Shown here: positions 28,351 to 53,290 of the stretch, piece after piece
Layout: each line of letters begins with the position of its first letter
Numbering within the stretch: the first letter of the stretch is position 1
NCBI RefSeq assembly: GCF_009914755.1
Contig: NC_060938.1
From: the human T2T-CHM13v2.0 reference genome, Homo sapiens
DNA length: 64,000 bases
Reading direction: 5' to 3' (one strand)
Program-made: the position numbers and the translations under genes
The notes under the pieces: model-generated
Database searches by the model: none
Told to the model about the DNA's origin: nothing
What the model saw: only the letters and a program-made list of their open reading frames with translations

Positions 28351-30385
28351 TCCTTTCACCATATACAAAAATCAACTCAAGATGGATGAAGGACTTATGT
28401 AAGACCCAAAACTATATAAACCCTAGAAGAAAACTTAGGAAATATCATTCTGGATATAGGCGCAGGCAAATATTTCATGATGAAGATTCCAAAAGCAATT
28501 GCAACAAGAAGAATTGACGAGTGGGACCTAATGAAACTAAAGAGCTTCAGCACAGCAAAAGAAACTATCAACAGAGAACACCCTACAGAACAGAAGAAAA
28601 TATTTTCAAATTACATATCTGAAAAAGGTCTAATACTTAGCATGTATAAAGAATCAATAAACAAAAAACAAACCCACTACAAATAGGCAAAGAACATGAA
28701 CCCCCACATTCACCATCCTCAAGTCCATGTGCAACTTCTTTCTGGATGCTGGACAAGGACTTGGGTACCAAGAGGGCACTGAACGGGTTAACACTTAAGC
28801 CGTCTGTGGATTCTTTTTTCAAAAGACAACGTATGTATGGCAAACAACCATATGAAAAAATACTCAACATCACTAATCATCAGAAAATCAGAACCATGAG
28901 ATACCATATCACACCGGTCAGAATGGCTATAATTAAAAAATCAAAACATAACAGACAGTGCCGAGTTTGTGGAAAAAAGGGAATGCTTATACACTGCTGG
29001 TGGTGATATAGAAAGGAGACAGGGAAATACTGGGTAGAAGAGAGTGGTTCCCTGGCAAAGCCCTGCCCACAAGCCTGGAAACCCATGGCCCTAAATGGGA
29101 ACAGGCATTCCTGCTTTTGCACCCAAAAGTTGTCTTTCAGCTCACCATGCACCCCCTGTCCTGTACCCATATATGCCCCAGACCCCAGGCTCCAGAAGCA
29201 GACAAGCAGATGAGGAGATGAACAGAAGAGCAGAATTGCAGAATGATGTGGCAGAAAGAAGAGAAGGAGCATCTGAATGCCAAGAGGAGTTTGGCTGGCA
29301 GTGGTTGGAGAGATCAGCCTCTGGATGGCAAATCTCCCGGGGAAGATCATCTTCCCATTCCATCCCCTTTCCAGCTTCCCATCCATCCCATTGAGTGCCA
29401 CCTCCACCACTCAATAAAACCCCCACATTCACCATCCTCAAGTCTGTGTGCAACTTAATTCTTTCTGGATGCTGGACAAGGAACTGGGTACCAAGAGGGC
29501 ACTGAACAGGTTAACACTTAAGCCGTCTGTGAATGGCAAAGCTAAAAGAGTGCACTGTAACACATGCCCACTTGGGCTGTGGGAGTCGCAGGAACCCACC
29601 CCTAGACGGTACCATGGCCACTTGCCCTGCCTATTGCACCTGCCTGTCTGCATGCTTCCCTGCCCAGTAAGGGGTTTGACAGCACACACGGTGGCCAGAC
29701 AAGCCACACCCCTGTTGCACATCCTGCCAAGGGGAGTCAGGGAACTCTCCAGTTTCATCAGGAATGTAAATTTGTTCAGCCATTGTGGAAAGCAGTTTGG
29801 AGATTTCTGAAATATCTTAAAACAGAACTACCATTCAACCCAGCAATCCCATTATTGGGTATATACCCAAAGGAATATAAATCATTCTGTCATAGACATA
29901 TGTACGCATATTTTCATTATAACACTATTCACAATAGCAAAGACACGGAATCAACTTAGATGCCTGTTAACAGAAGACTGGATTAAAAAAATGCAGCGTA
30001 TATACACCATGGAATACTACACACCTATAAAATAGGATGAAATAATGTCTTTTGCAGCAACATGATTGGAGCTGGATACCATTATTCTAAGTGAATTAAT
30101 GCAGGTACAGAAAACCACACAAACACTGCATGTTCTCACTTATAAGTGGGGGCTAAACATTGAGTCCACATGGACACAGAGAAGGGAGCAATAGACACAA
30201 GGTCTACTCTGGGTGGAGGGTCGGGGGAGAGTGAGGATCAAAAAACTCCCTATTAGATACTACGTTCACTACCTGGATGACTACGTAATCTGTACACCAA
30301 ATCCCATTGACACACATTTTACCCATATAATAAACCTGCACATGTACCCGCTGAACCTAAAATAAATGTTGGAAGGAAATAAAGT
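28351..30385 (+). mobile_element. L1 3' portion (ORF2 end and 3' UTR) interrupted by an LTR
   Basis: tcaccatatacaaaaatcaactcaagatgg…gaactaccattcaacccagcaatcccattattgggtatatacccaaagg…aaacctgcacatgtacccgctgaacctaaaataaa. Confidence 0.9.
29004..29757 (+). mobile_element. Solo ERV1-class LTR (LTR1/LTR28-like; subfamily uncertain) inserted in L1
   Basis: TG…CA ends (tgatatagaaaggagacagggaaatactgggtagaag … gggaactctccagtttca) with an internal AATAAA at ~29413. The L1 sequence resumes on both sides. Confidence 0.75.
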
Positions 30386-32204
30386 TACAACCAACTCTTG
30401 TACTATTGTGAGGAAACAATCATATGTGTTGACAAAAAATCAGCTACTAATAGATTTATAATAGTATATATGTAGCAGAAAAATATCAGATATAACTTAT
30501 ATACTCAAAAGTATGACTTAAAAACAGCATGACAATCTTTATGATGGGATATTGTGCAACTACTAGAAGCACATTTTCAGAGTTTATTAACATATGATAA
30601 TGACTACATTGAGTGGTTTTTAGAAGCATGAATTGAAACCATGTATAAGCATGACTTTATTGAACTTATATATAACATTACACACACGTTTACATAATTA
30701 TAAAATAAGTATGCTCATGTTCATAATATGTATTTATTTATATTCATATGTAAGGCCAATAGGAAGTAATCTCTGTATCTGAGTTATTATTTCATAAATA
30801 ATTTATGTTTGTTCTGTGAAAATAAAAACACTGCTATGGATCTTCCAAGTATCCTGAAAGGATACCGTTTATAATTAAACAATAACAATTTTAGAAATAA
30901 TTATTCTAAATAAGACTATGATAAATCTGGTTTCATTGCACACTTTAACTTTGGAACATTTCATGAAGCGTCCCTTGATCACGACTCTCATATTCAGGAG
31001 TTTTTTGAGATCAAAATGGGACAATCAGTATGAATCTATTTTTTAGACATGCAAATGGATAACTTTAAATAGCAGTAGCGATATAATCAGAGTGCACAGT
31101 TGCTCTGGGACAAAACTTGGAAATGGGCATATTTTTAGATTCTTAATGTTTTACACACTTTCGCATTCCACAGCACCATTACATACTCATTTTTCTACTA
31201 GAATACCTTGGTAAAAATTCACAGTAGAGATCAGGCTTGTCCTTCATACATTAACTAATCAAGTAGGAAAGTGCAAATGAGAACACAGTGCCAAACATAG
31301 GCACCACATGGAAACAAGCATGGAACTGCCAGGAAGCCATTTTTGTAGCTTTGTAGCCCAATTATATTTTTCCTAATGTATTGCACACAAAACTTGGGGG
31401 AAAAAAAAGAGGCAGAGAGAAAACAGGTTATATCAGCCCTATCTCACAATCCACAAGTTCATCCTGTTAGAGGAGTAACTATGTAAAACAAATTTTGTCT
31501 GTTGAATGTCCTATTTAGTTAATCGCAAAACTGTACGAGAACACACTTGTGACTTATTTAGCAGCTTGTTTGTTCGCTTTCCACTGGCTTCACAAATGTC
31601 CTTTGGAAATAGAATGTACATTTGGAACCTTGTACACCTTTTCTTTCTCCAGTACCCTCTTGTCACTTCCATCACTAAGGTGACAGAAGCAACTAGGGGC
31701 AATGCATTTGTAGCACACCTGGGTCAGAGGTATCCTCCAGGGGAAGGATCAGACCTGCTTGAAAGCATGTCGTTGGAATTGGGAGGCTTCTAGTAGCTAT
31801 AACATAAGCACTGATGTTTACTGTTCCCTGCCCTCCACTTTGATCACTCTGGGAAAAGTTTTTTTTTCTTAAAAAATCAATTGTATTGAAACATAATTTA
31901 CATAAAATAAATACTATTTTAAAGTGCACAGTTTGCTGAGTTTTGCCAGATGTAACCATCCAGGTGAATAAAATTGATTAAACTGATCTTTCAAATAATA
32001 AATTAACTTTGCAATCTTGCTAGAAATTTAATTTGTTCACAGTTTATTATCCATTCTATGTACTGCTACATTCAATTGGTTATTATGTTTTAAGGACTTT
32101 TGAGTCTACGTTTATGAGGGATAAACATCAAAGTTGTATAATGCCTTTGTCTCGATTTGGAATCGGCAATACTGGGTTCATAAAATAAGATAGGAAATGT
32201 CCCT

Positions 32205-32525
<321 letters not shown>

Positions 32526-32571
32526 CTTAAATTCTATTTCTTAAAAAGAGTCCGTTCAAGATTGATGTTAT

Positions 32572-32917
32572 AGATACTCCTCAACTTACAATTGTTTTAT
32601 GTCTTAATGAACTCATCCTAAATTGAAAATATTGTAAGTCTAAAACGCATTTAATATATTTAACCTACTGAATATCATGACTTAGCCTCGCCTACCTTAA
32701 ACTTGCTCAGAACACTTACATTATCCTACAATTGGGCAAAATCATCTACCACAAGGCCCATTTTAAAATATTGAGTATCTCATGAAATTTATTGAAAACT
32801 ATACTGATAGTGAAAAACTGGTCATATTGATGCTCATCATTAGCGCACACAGATGAAAGCACCATTATCAAGTAAGAAGAGCACAAGTCAAACCACTGTA
32901 AGTTGAGGACTCTCTGT
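32572..32917. mobile_element. TcMar-Tigger MITE (MER47-like)
   Basis: Imperfect terminal inverted repeats 'agatactcctcaacttaca' / 'tgtaagttgaggactctctg', TA flanks, internal 'gacttagcctcgcctaccttaaacttgctcagaacacttacatta'. Confidence 0.7.
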
Positions 32918-34184
32918 ACTTTCTTAAATGTTTGATAGAATTCACCTGAGAAAGCATGTAGCCTGTAATTATAGAAATCTTTTTAAATTAAAAAAATTCT
33001 TCAATACATAGAGAAGCTATTACTTTTTCTATTTCATTTTGCATTAGTTTTAAGAATTAGTTTTACAAATAATTTCCCATGTTATTTTAATTGTCAAATG
33101 TATTGGCCTAAAGTTTTCATAATTATATTGATGTCTGTAGGTTCTGTAGTTACATCCTCTATTTAATTCCCATTATCTACATTATGTAGCTTCTGTAATT
33201 TTTTTCGAGATAAATCTTGCTAGCCATTGTTTATTAAAAAATTTTTTTTCAAAGAACCAATTTGTGGGTATATTAATTAGCTCCACCTTTTGTTATTTGC
33301 TATGTTGTTGGTTTACATTTTTATCTTTATCATCTTCCTTCTTCTTAATTTGGATATACTTTGCTTATTTTTTAGCCTCTTAAAAAAGAGCCTAAAGGTC
33401 ATTGATTGAAGCCTTTTATTTTCAATATATTACATCTATAAATGTACCTTTAAGAAACGATTTATCTGCATCCCACATTTTATTAAGTTTTTAAAAAATT
33501 TTCTTTCAGTTTAAACTATTTTTTTGTGTGTGTGAAACTTTTCTTGGCCAATGGGTTTTTCTGAAGTATTTTGTTTAATGTTCAAATGTTGGGGTGTTAT
33601 TGTACATATCCTACTGTTGTCCATCTCTGGTTCATGATACAATGCATGTTCTCCATTGCACTTAGATAACATGCCTCCATGTCTCTGGAGAATTCCTCAG
33701 TCTTTCTAAAATGCTTTTGATGAATACTGGCAGTTATTTTGTAGAATGTCCCGCCTCAATTTCAGTTAGTCTGATGTTTTCTCACGGTTAGGACTAAAGT
33801 TATACATTTTGTCTAAGAATACCATAGAATTGATGTTTTGTCCTACTCAGTGCATCATATAAGAAATTACATGAAGTTCATTTATCTTATTATTAGTAAT
33901 GTTAACTTTGATCACTTGGCTAAGTTGACATCTCCACTTTGAAGTTATTATTCTATAATTATCTTGTGGGAAGATACTTTCATATTATGCAAATATGTTC
34001 TTTCCCTACATATATTCACCACTTATCTTAGCATTCCTCCAAGGTTCTTTCTTGCAACAATTATTACTATGATATTTGCAAAGTGATGATTCTTATATTT
34101 TATGTCTCCTACATTTAATGAAATCTTACTGTAATAAAATACTACCCACTCTCAATCTTTGGTTTATTATTTATGTCAATATGG

Positions 34185-34477
34185 AATTTTTTTTTGAGTT
34201 GGAGTCTTGTTTTGTCATCCAGGCTGGTGTGCAATGGTGTGATTTCCGCTCACTGCACTTCCACCTTCCGGGATTCAAGCCATTCTCCTGCCTCAGCCTC
34301 CGGAGTAGCTGGGACTACAGGCATGTGCCACCATGCCCGGCTAATTTTTGTATTTTTAGTAGAGGCAGGGATTCACCACATTGGTCAGGCTGGTCTTGAA
34401 CTCCTGACCTCAAGTGATCTGCCCGCCTCTGCCTCCCAAAGGGCTGGGAATACAGGCATGAGCAACTGCACCTGGCC
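34185..34477 (-). mobile_element. Alu
   Basis: Reverse Alu with both arms. Confidence 0.9.
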
Positions 34478-35801
34478 TGGATTAATTGAAAATTTTCTCC
34501 TGTAGATTGTAATATATTATTATTGTTATCTATTTTATTGCCCCAATTTTCTCAAATTTGGCTATGGAAGATTATTCAAAGTGGATCTGTTTCCCTTTCA
34601 CATTTTCCCCATTTTGTGAGCATTTCCTTACTTCCTAACATGACAAAATATTTCAAACTAATCTTGTATTTTCCCTGCCCAATCCTGATATCAAATATGT
34701 CCCCAAGGAGCCTTGGTTCCTTTAATTGGAGAGTGGTGTTCTCATTGTTACTGGGATGATGTTGTTTCTAGGCCCTTTTGTTAGAGGAGCTAGAAAATAT
34801 ATGTATGTATACTCACACATTTATACACATCTGTACTTATTTATACAATTATCCATCTGTACGTATACTAAAAACAATGATTTCATGAAGCTTTTGATCC
34901 CAATCCAACACTAGATAAAGACTATATAGGCCCATTTATTTGCAAATCAGCACATAAACATAGAAGAATTATTAACAATATAAGCTGTAGCTTATGCTAA
35001 ATGTTGGTTGGAACAGACAATAAGTTATGGAGAACTTCAGAGGACACTAAGGTTGGATGGGATTTTGGAAGTGGTGCAGGTCAATGCCACTCCAGCTATT
35101 GGCTGAGTTTCACTAGGTTAATACATGAACAACAACAAAAACAACCTAGATCAGAAGTTAAAGATCATTTTATTGACTATCTGCCGTGTCTGTGCCATTG
35201 CAGTGTACTAGGTGCACTTACGAGTCCTCTACTTACAAACTGCTTTTCACAAAATATGAAACTCCAGGCAAAGGTTCAGACATATGACGTTTGTTTTTAA
35301 AATCTTTCTACAGCCTTGTATCCTTTTTCCTTTCCTTCCTTTTACCCTTTTTAAAATGTGTTATGAGTTTTATCTTAGACTAACATCATCTGTAATGTTG
35401 CTATACGCCAGTATTCAGTTGCTGTGTTTGATGAATCATAAAATGGTGTAAAACTTCAATTAGTGTACTTTTTAAATAAAGTATCTATGAATGCATCCAG
35501 CAAAATGTTTATGATTTGAGTATTCACACAATATTACTTTTCTCTGGATCTAACAATAATGTGAAAACGCAAAATGAATATAAAATATTAGCTAATAATA
35601 GATTTCAAAGTATTGTACAAGTATGAAAAATATATGATATTGTTACATTCATATATGTAAAACATTAATAATTTTTGTCAACATAAACATCATCTTTACA
35701 CCTAAACTTGTATTAATTCAAATAAGAGTTAATATAGTATCCTAAAGTCATCAAATATTCAAAAATAGGATGTATTCTGACTTGGAATATACATAAAATT
35801 A

Positions 35802-36194
<393 letters not shown>

Positions 36195-36826
36195 CTAATA
36201 ATCCTGAGTTTGGTTTTCTTGGTTTTATTTTTTCATTTAGTTTTGTTCACTTTGACCAGTGGGCTGGTGGTTCTTAGGTGCACCAAGGTTTTCATTTTTC
36301 AGTTCAAGATTTTAAAACCTTAATGTGGTAATTTCTCTAATTTTTTTGACAGTTACGTCCCAGGTTGCAAGTTAAAATAAAATTCCCATTTTACTAAAGT
36401 CCTTGGTTTATTAATTATTTTATAATGACTTAATATATAATTTAATAAGTAATGAGGGGTACTACATTTCAGAAATAAACACTGAAGAACTTATTCATGG
36501 AACCAAACACCACCTGTTTCTCAAACACCTATTAAAATAAAAATACATATAAATAATTTTTAAAAATGAACACTAAAAATAAAGTGAAAATGAAAAAATA
36601 TATATCCAGGTTAAAAAAAAAAACTACTTCAGTTAAACAATAAAAACTTTTTGGGGGGACTCAACTCTACTGCAAAATTATTTGTTGTTTATTATAATCA
36701 ATAATACAGGTAAAAGAATAAGTTTTTAAAAATGGAAAAATTGTAAAAAATAAAACGATATTAACAAATATTGGTATACTGGTGAAGGCCGGGCTCAGTG
36801 GCTGCTTTCCAAAGTGGTTACACCAG

Positions 36827-43260
<6,434 letters not shown>

Positions 43261-43691
43261 AAAACAATCTGTTTTTCTGAGTTCTGCAAGCTGTCCAAGC
43301 AAATGATTCCACCCACCAATGGGGGTCATGAAACTCTGTTTTCTAACTGGTTGGTCAAAACTACATGTAACAACCCAAGACTTGCAATTGGCATGTGGAG
43401 TGAGGGTAGACTCCTGGGACTGAGCTCCCATCCTGCGGGGTCTGCACTAACTCCAGGGAGTGTCAGGATGGAATTGTGGGATACCCAGTTGGGATCCAGA
43501 TTGTCTGAAAATCAGTGTAGAAACTCCACATGCACATTTGGTCAGAGGTGTTTGACCGTAACTACTATTCACGAAAAAGGTCTACTCATTAGAACTAAAA
43601 ATCACAAAATTGTAAGTTCTACAAAAACAAATCAACCTTATCTACCGCCCAGTCCTACTGAACTACAGAATGTGAGAACAGAAGGTCTGAC

Positions 43692-43809
43692 CATGGAGTC
43701 GAGAGCTGACGGGAATGTCACCACCATCCTGCTCTCCAAGGACTCCTCATCTTCAACAGACTCCTCATCTTCAATGGGCAGGGTGGAAACTGCAACTTGT
43801 GCCATGATC
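43692..43809 (-). pseudogene. GTF2IP: GTF2I/GTF2IRD2 first coding exon fragment, copy 1
   Basis: AG|gatcATG…ATG|GTCAGA exon encoding [38 protein letters not shown], compared with the GTF2I N-terminus [33 protein letters not shown]. Confidence 0.85.
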
Positions 43810-44029
43810 CTTGCACAAGAAAAGTAGTAAGAAAATGAGTGGTAGAAATCCAGTGTCCTAAACTCACATCCGGAGCTGTGAGAGTTTTTTACTGGCTGGA
43901 TAATTCACAGTTTTCTTGAATCAGGGGAAAAATAAGACTCAGAAACTAGGAATTCGTTTTGCCCAAAACTCTCATCAGATACAGAATCCATCCGCTAACT
44001 ATCTAGTATTATTTCCATAAGTTAGATCA

Positions 44030-44890
<861 letters not shown>

Positions 44891-45636
44891 AGAAGTTCCT
44901 CTTCTTACTTAGAAAACAGATCACAGGGCATCAAGTAACACGTAAAATCCTTTATAATAAGCAGTATTATTTTTGGAAAACCTTTCCTAATATTTTGGTA
45001 TCAGCAAAAAGCCTCAGATTAATTTCAAACACTATAAAAATACAATACATAAACAGAAAATATTAACTGTCAGCAAGGCTATAGAGAAATTGGAAGCTGT
45101 ATGCATTGCTTTTTGGAATGTAAAATGGTACAGCCCACTGTGGAAAATGGTTTAGCAGCTCCTTAAAAATATGAAGCATAGAATTATATGATCCATCAAC
45201 ACCCTTTAAGCGTATATACCCAAAAGAACTGAGAGCAGGGACTCAAACAGGTATTTGTACACCCGATTAACAGCAGCATTATTCACAGTGGCCAAAAGGT
45301 AGCCCAAACCTAATGCCCATCAGTAGGTGAATAGATAAAGAAAATGTAATATATACATACACAGAGTATTATTCAGCCATAAAAAGAAAAATATCTGGCC
45401 AGATTCAGGGGCTTACACCTGTAATCCCAGTATTTTGGGAGGCCAAGGTGGGCAGGTCTCTTGAGCCCCATATTTTGAGACCAGACTGGACAACATGGCA
45501 CATTTGGTTAGAAGTGTTTGACCATAACTACTATTCCAGAAAAAGATCTACTCATTAGAACTACAAATCATAAAATTATAAGTTCTACAAAAACAAATCA
45601 ACCTTATCTACCACCCAGTTCTACCCAATTATATCA

Positions 45637-45840
<204 letters not shown>

Positions 45841-46034
45841 CTAAACTCACATCCAGAGCTGTGAGAGTTTCTCACCGGCTGCCAAATTGTTTTTTGGGTC
45901 AGAGAAAAAAATAAAACTTGGTAACCTGGTACTCGACTTGCCCCAAACTCTCATCAGATAGAGAATCTATCCGCTAACTTTCTATCTAGTATTATTTCCA
46001 TGAAGTTACATCAATATCACTCCCAAAATAAATC

Positions 46035-48440
46035 CAGGTGGAAGACTAAATCCAAAGCTAGCAGAAGGAAAGAAATAACAAAGAGCATAGTTAGAGCATA
46101 AATCAATCAAATAGAAGGTTGGAGAGCAGTAGAATGAAAAAATGTAGATTCTTTGAAAGCTCAAGCCTTTCACTATATTGACTGAGCAAAAGATGGAAGA
46201 CTAATTATTAAAATAATAAATGAAAGCAGAGCCATTACTACCAACTTTACAGAAATACAAAAGGATTACAGGAGTATACTGTGAACAACTGTCTAGCAAC
46301 AAATTAGGTGCCCTGGATGAAATGGATGAATCGCTAGAAAGACACAAACTACCAAAGTGGCTCAAGAAGAAAGAGAAAATCTGAATAGACCTATAACCTA
46401 GGAGATTGAATTAGTAATCGAAAGCGATTAACAAAGAAACATTTATGACCAAATAGCTGCATTAACTGGTGAGTCAACCTAACATTTAAAGAAGAATTAA
46501 TACCATTTCTTCTCAAACTCTTCTGACAAAATATATGAAGAAGGAATACTTGCTAATTCATTTTTTGATAACAGCATTATCCTTATACCAAAGACAAAGA
46601 GAGCACAAAAGAGAGAAATACAGCACTATATCCCCTATGAATATATAAGCAAAAATCTCAGCAAACTACTAGCAATACTAGCAAAATACTAGCAGCAATA
46701 CTGTATAATCAAAGGATTGTAAACTATCACCCTTTGAGATTTATCCCCAAAATGCAAGGGTGGTTCAACATATAAAAAATCAATCAGTGTAATATGCTGT
46801 AACAGTAAAATGAATAAGCACGTGATTATTTCAATTGCTGCAGAGAAAACATTGATGAAATACAACACCCTTCTATAATAAAAATACTCTATAAACTAGG
46901 CATAGAAGGGATCTTCTGCAACATGACAATGGGATGTACAAAAACCCAACAGTTAATATCATGATCAATGATGAAACACTGAAAGCTGTTTTCCTAACAT
47001 CTAGAAGAAAAGGATGGTGCATTTGCCACTTGTATTCAACGTAGCACTGGCAGTTCTAGCCAGAGCAATTAGGCAAGACAAAGAAATAAAAGGCATCTAA
47101 ATTAGAAATAAAAAATAGGTGTAAAATTATATCTACACATGATCTTATAGGTATAAAGCTCCAAACAAAACACAAAACCGATTATAACTAATAAAAGAGG
47201 CAGGATGCAAACAAACATAGGCAAATGAGCTATATTTCTATATAGTTGTAAAGAACTATGAAAACATTTTAAAAATTCCATTTATAATGACATCAAGAAT
47301 ACGTTATTCAGGCATAAATCTAACCATGGTGGTATACACAAAACATTGCTGCAAAAAACTAAAGAGAGTGGAAATAAGTGGAAAGACATTCTGTGTTCAC
47401 GGGTTGTAAGACAATATTGTTAAGATGACAATACCATCTAAAGTAATCTACAGATTCAATGCAATACCATCAAAATCCCAAAGGCATTTTTGCAGAAACA
47501 AAGAAACTCATTCTAAAATCATACAAAAATTCAAAGGATCTGACAGACAAAACAGTCTTGAAAAAGAACATTGGAAAACTCACATTTTTCAGTTTCACAG
47601 ACTACTACAAATCTACAGTAATCAAGAGAGTGTGGTACTGGAATAAGACCAATAGACTTTCAGACAAATACAATAGAACAGATTGAGATCCTACAAGTTA
47701 GTCCTCACATATATGGTCAATGACTGTTCAACAAGGTGGCCAAGTCTAGTCAAGGGAGGAAAGAACAGTCTCTTCAACAGCTGGATGTCAGTGTACAAGA
47801 GAGAAGTTAGACCCCTACCTTGCAGTATATACAAAAATTAATTCTAAATTAATAAAAGACTTAAATGTAAGGACTAAAAATATGTAACTCTTAGAAGAAA
47901 ACACACGGTAAACCTTTATGACCTTTGAGTTTTAAGTGTATTTTGAAATATGACAGAAAAGCACAGATAACAAAAGAAAATACACGAAAATTAGATTTAA
48001 TCAAAATAAAAATCAAAGGATACTATCAAGGGAGTGAAAAGACAACCCATAATATGTGAGAAAATATGTATCTGATAAAATCAAAATGTGTATCTGATAA
48101 AAGCTTAATATCCCACAACTCAACAACAGAATTTCTAAGATCCCAATTAAAAAAATAGGCAAAGGACTTGAACAGACATTTCTCCAAAGAAGATACACAA
48201 ATGTCTAAGAAGGAAAAGAAAAGATGCTAAACACCATTATTCATTAATAAAATGCAAGGCAAAACCCAAATGAGATGCCACTTTGCATCCACTAGTAAGG
48301 CTTTCATAACAACGACACAGAAAATCAATGTTGCTAAGGAGGTGGAGAAACTGGAGCCCTCATGAACTGGCTGCTAGGAATAGAAAATGATGCACTTGCT
48401 GTGGAAAACAGTTTGGTGGTTCCTCAAAGAATCACACAGA
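46035..48440 (+). mobile_element. Old L1 ORF2 region (degenerate)
   Basis: ORF2 motifs in degraded form: 'aatgcaagggtggttcaacata', 'gttctagccagagcaattaggcaagacaaagaaataaaaggcatc', 'atctacagattcaatgcaatacc', 'gaacagacatttctccaaagaagata'. Confidence 0.85.
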
Positions 48441-48444
48441 GAAA

Positions 48445-49520
48445 CAGGCGGCGCTGGCTTGCGGGTTCTCCTGGGCTGGCGCGGGACGTCCCGGAATCGC
48501 AGGCGCGCATTCCTTCCCGCCTGAGGGCTCGCCTGGCCGTGACTCCTGCCCCTCTCCTCCTCCGAAGAGAGATCGGGGCCGCCCCAGGGGCCGTCTGCAG
48601 CCACCGGGGATGGGGCTGAGGGTCGGTTCCTGACCCGGTGCAGCCGCCCTTGGGCAGACCGCCTGGCTTGGTCGCAGCCACGGCGACATCTAGCCTCACT
48701 TCTGCGAGGCTGGGCGCGCCAGCCAGCTTGGGAGTCGCCCGGCGCCTGTAGCTGGGTGCCCAGGTGGTGGAGCATGCCCTGGGCCGCCTCTGGATCGCGG
48801 GTGCCCCTGGCCTGAGAGCCTGCCAGACCCTGCCCCGGTCCGGCTCCTCCTCTGTCAGAGCTCCAGATCTCTATCCAGGGGCCCTCTGCAGCCACCGGGG
48901 ATGGGGCTGAGGGCCGGTTCCCGCCCCTGTGCAGCTGCTGCAGGACAGACCGCCTGGCTTGGCCACAGCCACAGGGACATTTGGCCCTGCTTCCGAGATG
49001 TGGGGAGTGTGGGCGAGCTCGGGAGTTTCCTGGAGGCTGCTGCCTGCATGCACAAGGCAGCTGCAGCTCGGGTGCCCAGGCGGGCTGGAAGTGCATGGCC
49101 TGGTCGGCCTTGGGATCGCCAGCGCGCCCAGCCTGAGGTCCCCCAGGCCGTGCCTCCCGACCACTCCTCCACCTGAGGGAGATCGGAGCCATTTGTATGG
49201 GCACTCGGCAGTCACCTCGTGTGGGGTTGAGCGGTGGGTTCTCAGTTCTCGCTCCTGTGCAGCTGCTGCCGCAGGGCAGAATGCCTGGCTTGGCTGCAGC
49301 CACTGGGACACGTGGCCCTGCTTCTGTGATGTTATGAGCGCCAGCGGGCTCGGAGGTTGCCAGGCAGCTGCTGCCTGCACACAGAGGGCGACGGCAGCTT
49401 GGGCGCCCAGATGGCGGAGCATGGTTTGGGTAGACTCTGGAATGCGTGAGCGCCAGGCCTGAGGGTCACCCTGGTGGGGCCACATACCCTGGTCTTCCTC
49501 TGCTGGAGCCTGGAGCAGCT
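48445..49520. repeat. CpG-rich cassette made of ~3 diverged ~300-bp tandem units
   Basis: 'ctgcagccaccggggatggggctgaggg…gtgcagc…cagaccgcctggcttgg..(a/g)cagccac' at ~48595 and ~48886, and in more diverged form at ~49205-49310. High CpG content. Confidence 0.7.
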
Positions 49521-49799
49521 GGAATGGCCACTATTCCGTCACAGGGGATAGAGTTAAGTTTTCTTATCCCACCCATGCACACAAAAAGGTGACGATTCTG
49601 TGAGGTAATAAACGTGTTAATTGACTACATTCATGCCACTCTGCACCCACAAGTAAGGCTTTCATAACAATGACACAGAAAATAAATGTTGCTAAGGAGG
49701 TGGAGAAGTTGGAGCCCTCATGATCTGGCTGCTAGGAATAGAAAATGATGCCCTTGCTGTGGAAAACAATTTGGTTGTTCCTCACAGAATGAGCATTGG

Positions 49800-52348
<2,549 letters not shown>

Positions 52349-52641
52349 ACCCCTGAACCTGACCCTGACCCCTGACCCTGATCCCTAACCACTGACCCTG
52401 ACCCCTAACCCCTGACCCTAACCCTAACCCTTAACCGTAACCCCTAAGCCTAACCCCTAACCACAACCCTCACCCTCACACTAATCCAACCCTAACCCCT
52501 TATCCCTAACCCCTAACCTCTCTTAACCTCTAACTCTAAACGTTGACTCTTAACTCTTAACTCTGACCCCAACCCCTATCTCCAACCCCTAACCCTAAAC
52601 TTCACCCCTAACCCCTAACCCTAACACCAACCTTAACCCTA
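52349..52641 (+). repeat. Interstitial degenerate telomeric tract (CCCTAA/CCCTGA/CCCCAA variants)
   Basis: ccctgaacctgaccctgacccctgaccctgatccctaacc…ccctaaccctaacc…cttaaccct. Confidence 0.95.
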
Positions 52642-53290
52642 GGTTCGTTACTACGTTTGTACTATGTCAATGTTGATTATTATGATCTCTGTCTTAGGAC
52701 TGCATGGCAGCAAGGGGATTGCGGATCTTATATTAATATTTTTGTATTGAGGCAGTGCATTAGCATTACAGGTGCTTGTTACATGAGCAACGGGAGTGTC
52801 ATAATTTGGGTGTCATGTCTGCATTAGGAACGCTGCATTTGTCTTCCAAGGCTGCGGTGTGGATCTCGCACTGTGGCCGCCTCGGCTTGGCTGGGGAGAA
52901 CCTCGGTTGGCAGGATTCAGAGGGGCTTTTGGTTTCCCTTTTCCACACTGAGCCCTTCTAACTGGTCTCTGGCCCTGATTATTCAGGGCTGCAAAAGGGA
53001 AGGATTTTATTCACCGTCTATGCGGTCCCGAGTTGTCCCAAAGCGAGGCAGTGCCCCAAAGGTCTGTGCTGAGGAGAACGCTGCTCTGCCTTAGCGGTGT
53101 CCCCCGGGTCTGTGCTGAGCAGAACGCAGCTCCGCCCTCGCGGTGCCCCCGGCCCGCCTGGGTCTGTGCTGAGGAGAACACTGCTCCGCCTTCGCTGTAT
53201 CTCTGAAGTCTGTGCAGAGGAGAACTCAGCTCCGCCCTGGCGATGCTCTCCTTGTCTGTGCTGGGAAGAACGCAGCTCCGCCCTCGCAAA
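52642..53290. repeat. TAR1 telomere-associated repeat
   Basis: Immediately follows (CCCTAA)n: 'gcagtgcattagcattacaggtgcttgttacatgagcaa', then repeated 'tctgtgctgaggagaacgc…ctccgcc' units as at human chromosome ends. Confidence 0.9.

Noticed and set aside
48374-49485. 309-aa, 204-aa and 177-aa overlapping ORFs
   Set aside because: GC-rich tandem repeat with ORFs in several frames on both strands, running into L1 sequence, with no recognisable protein.
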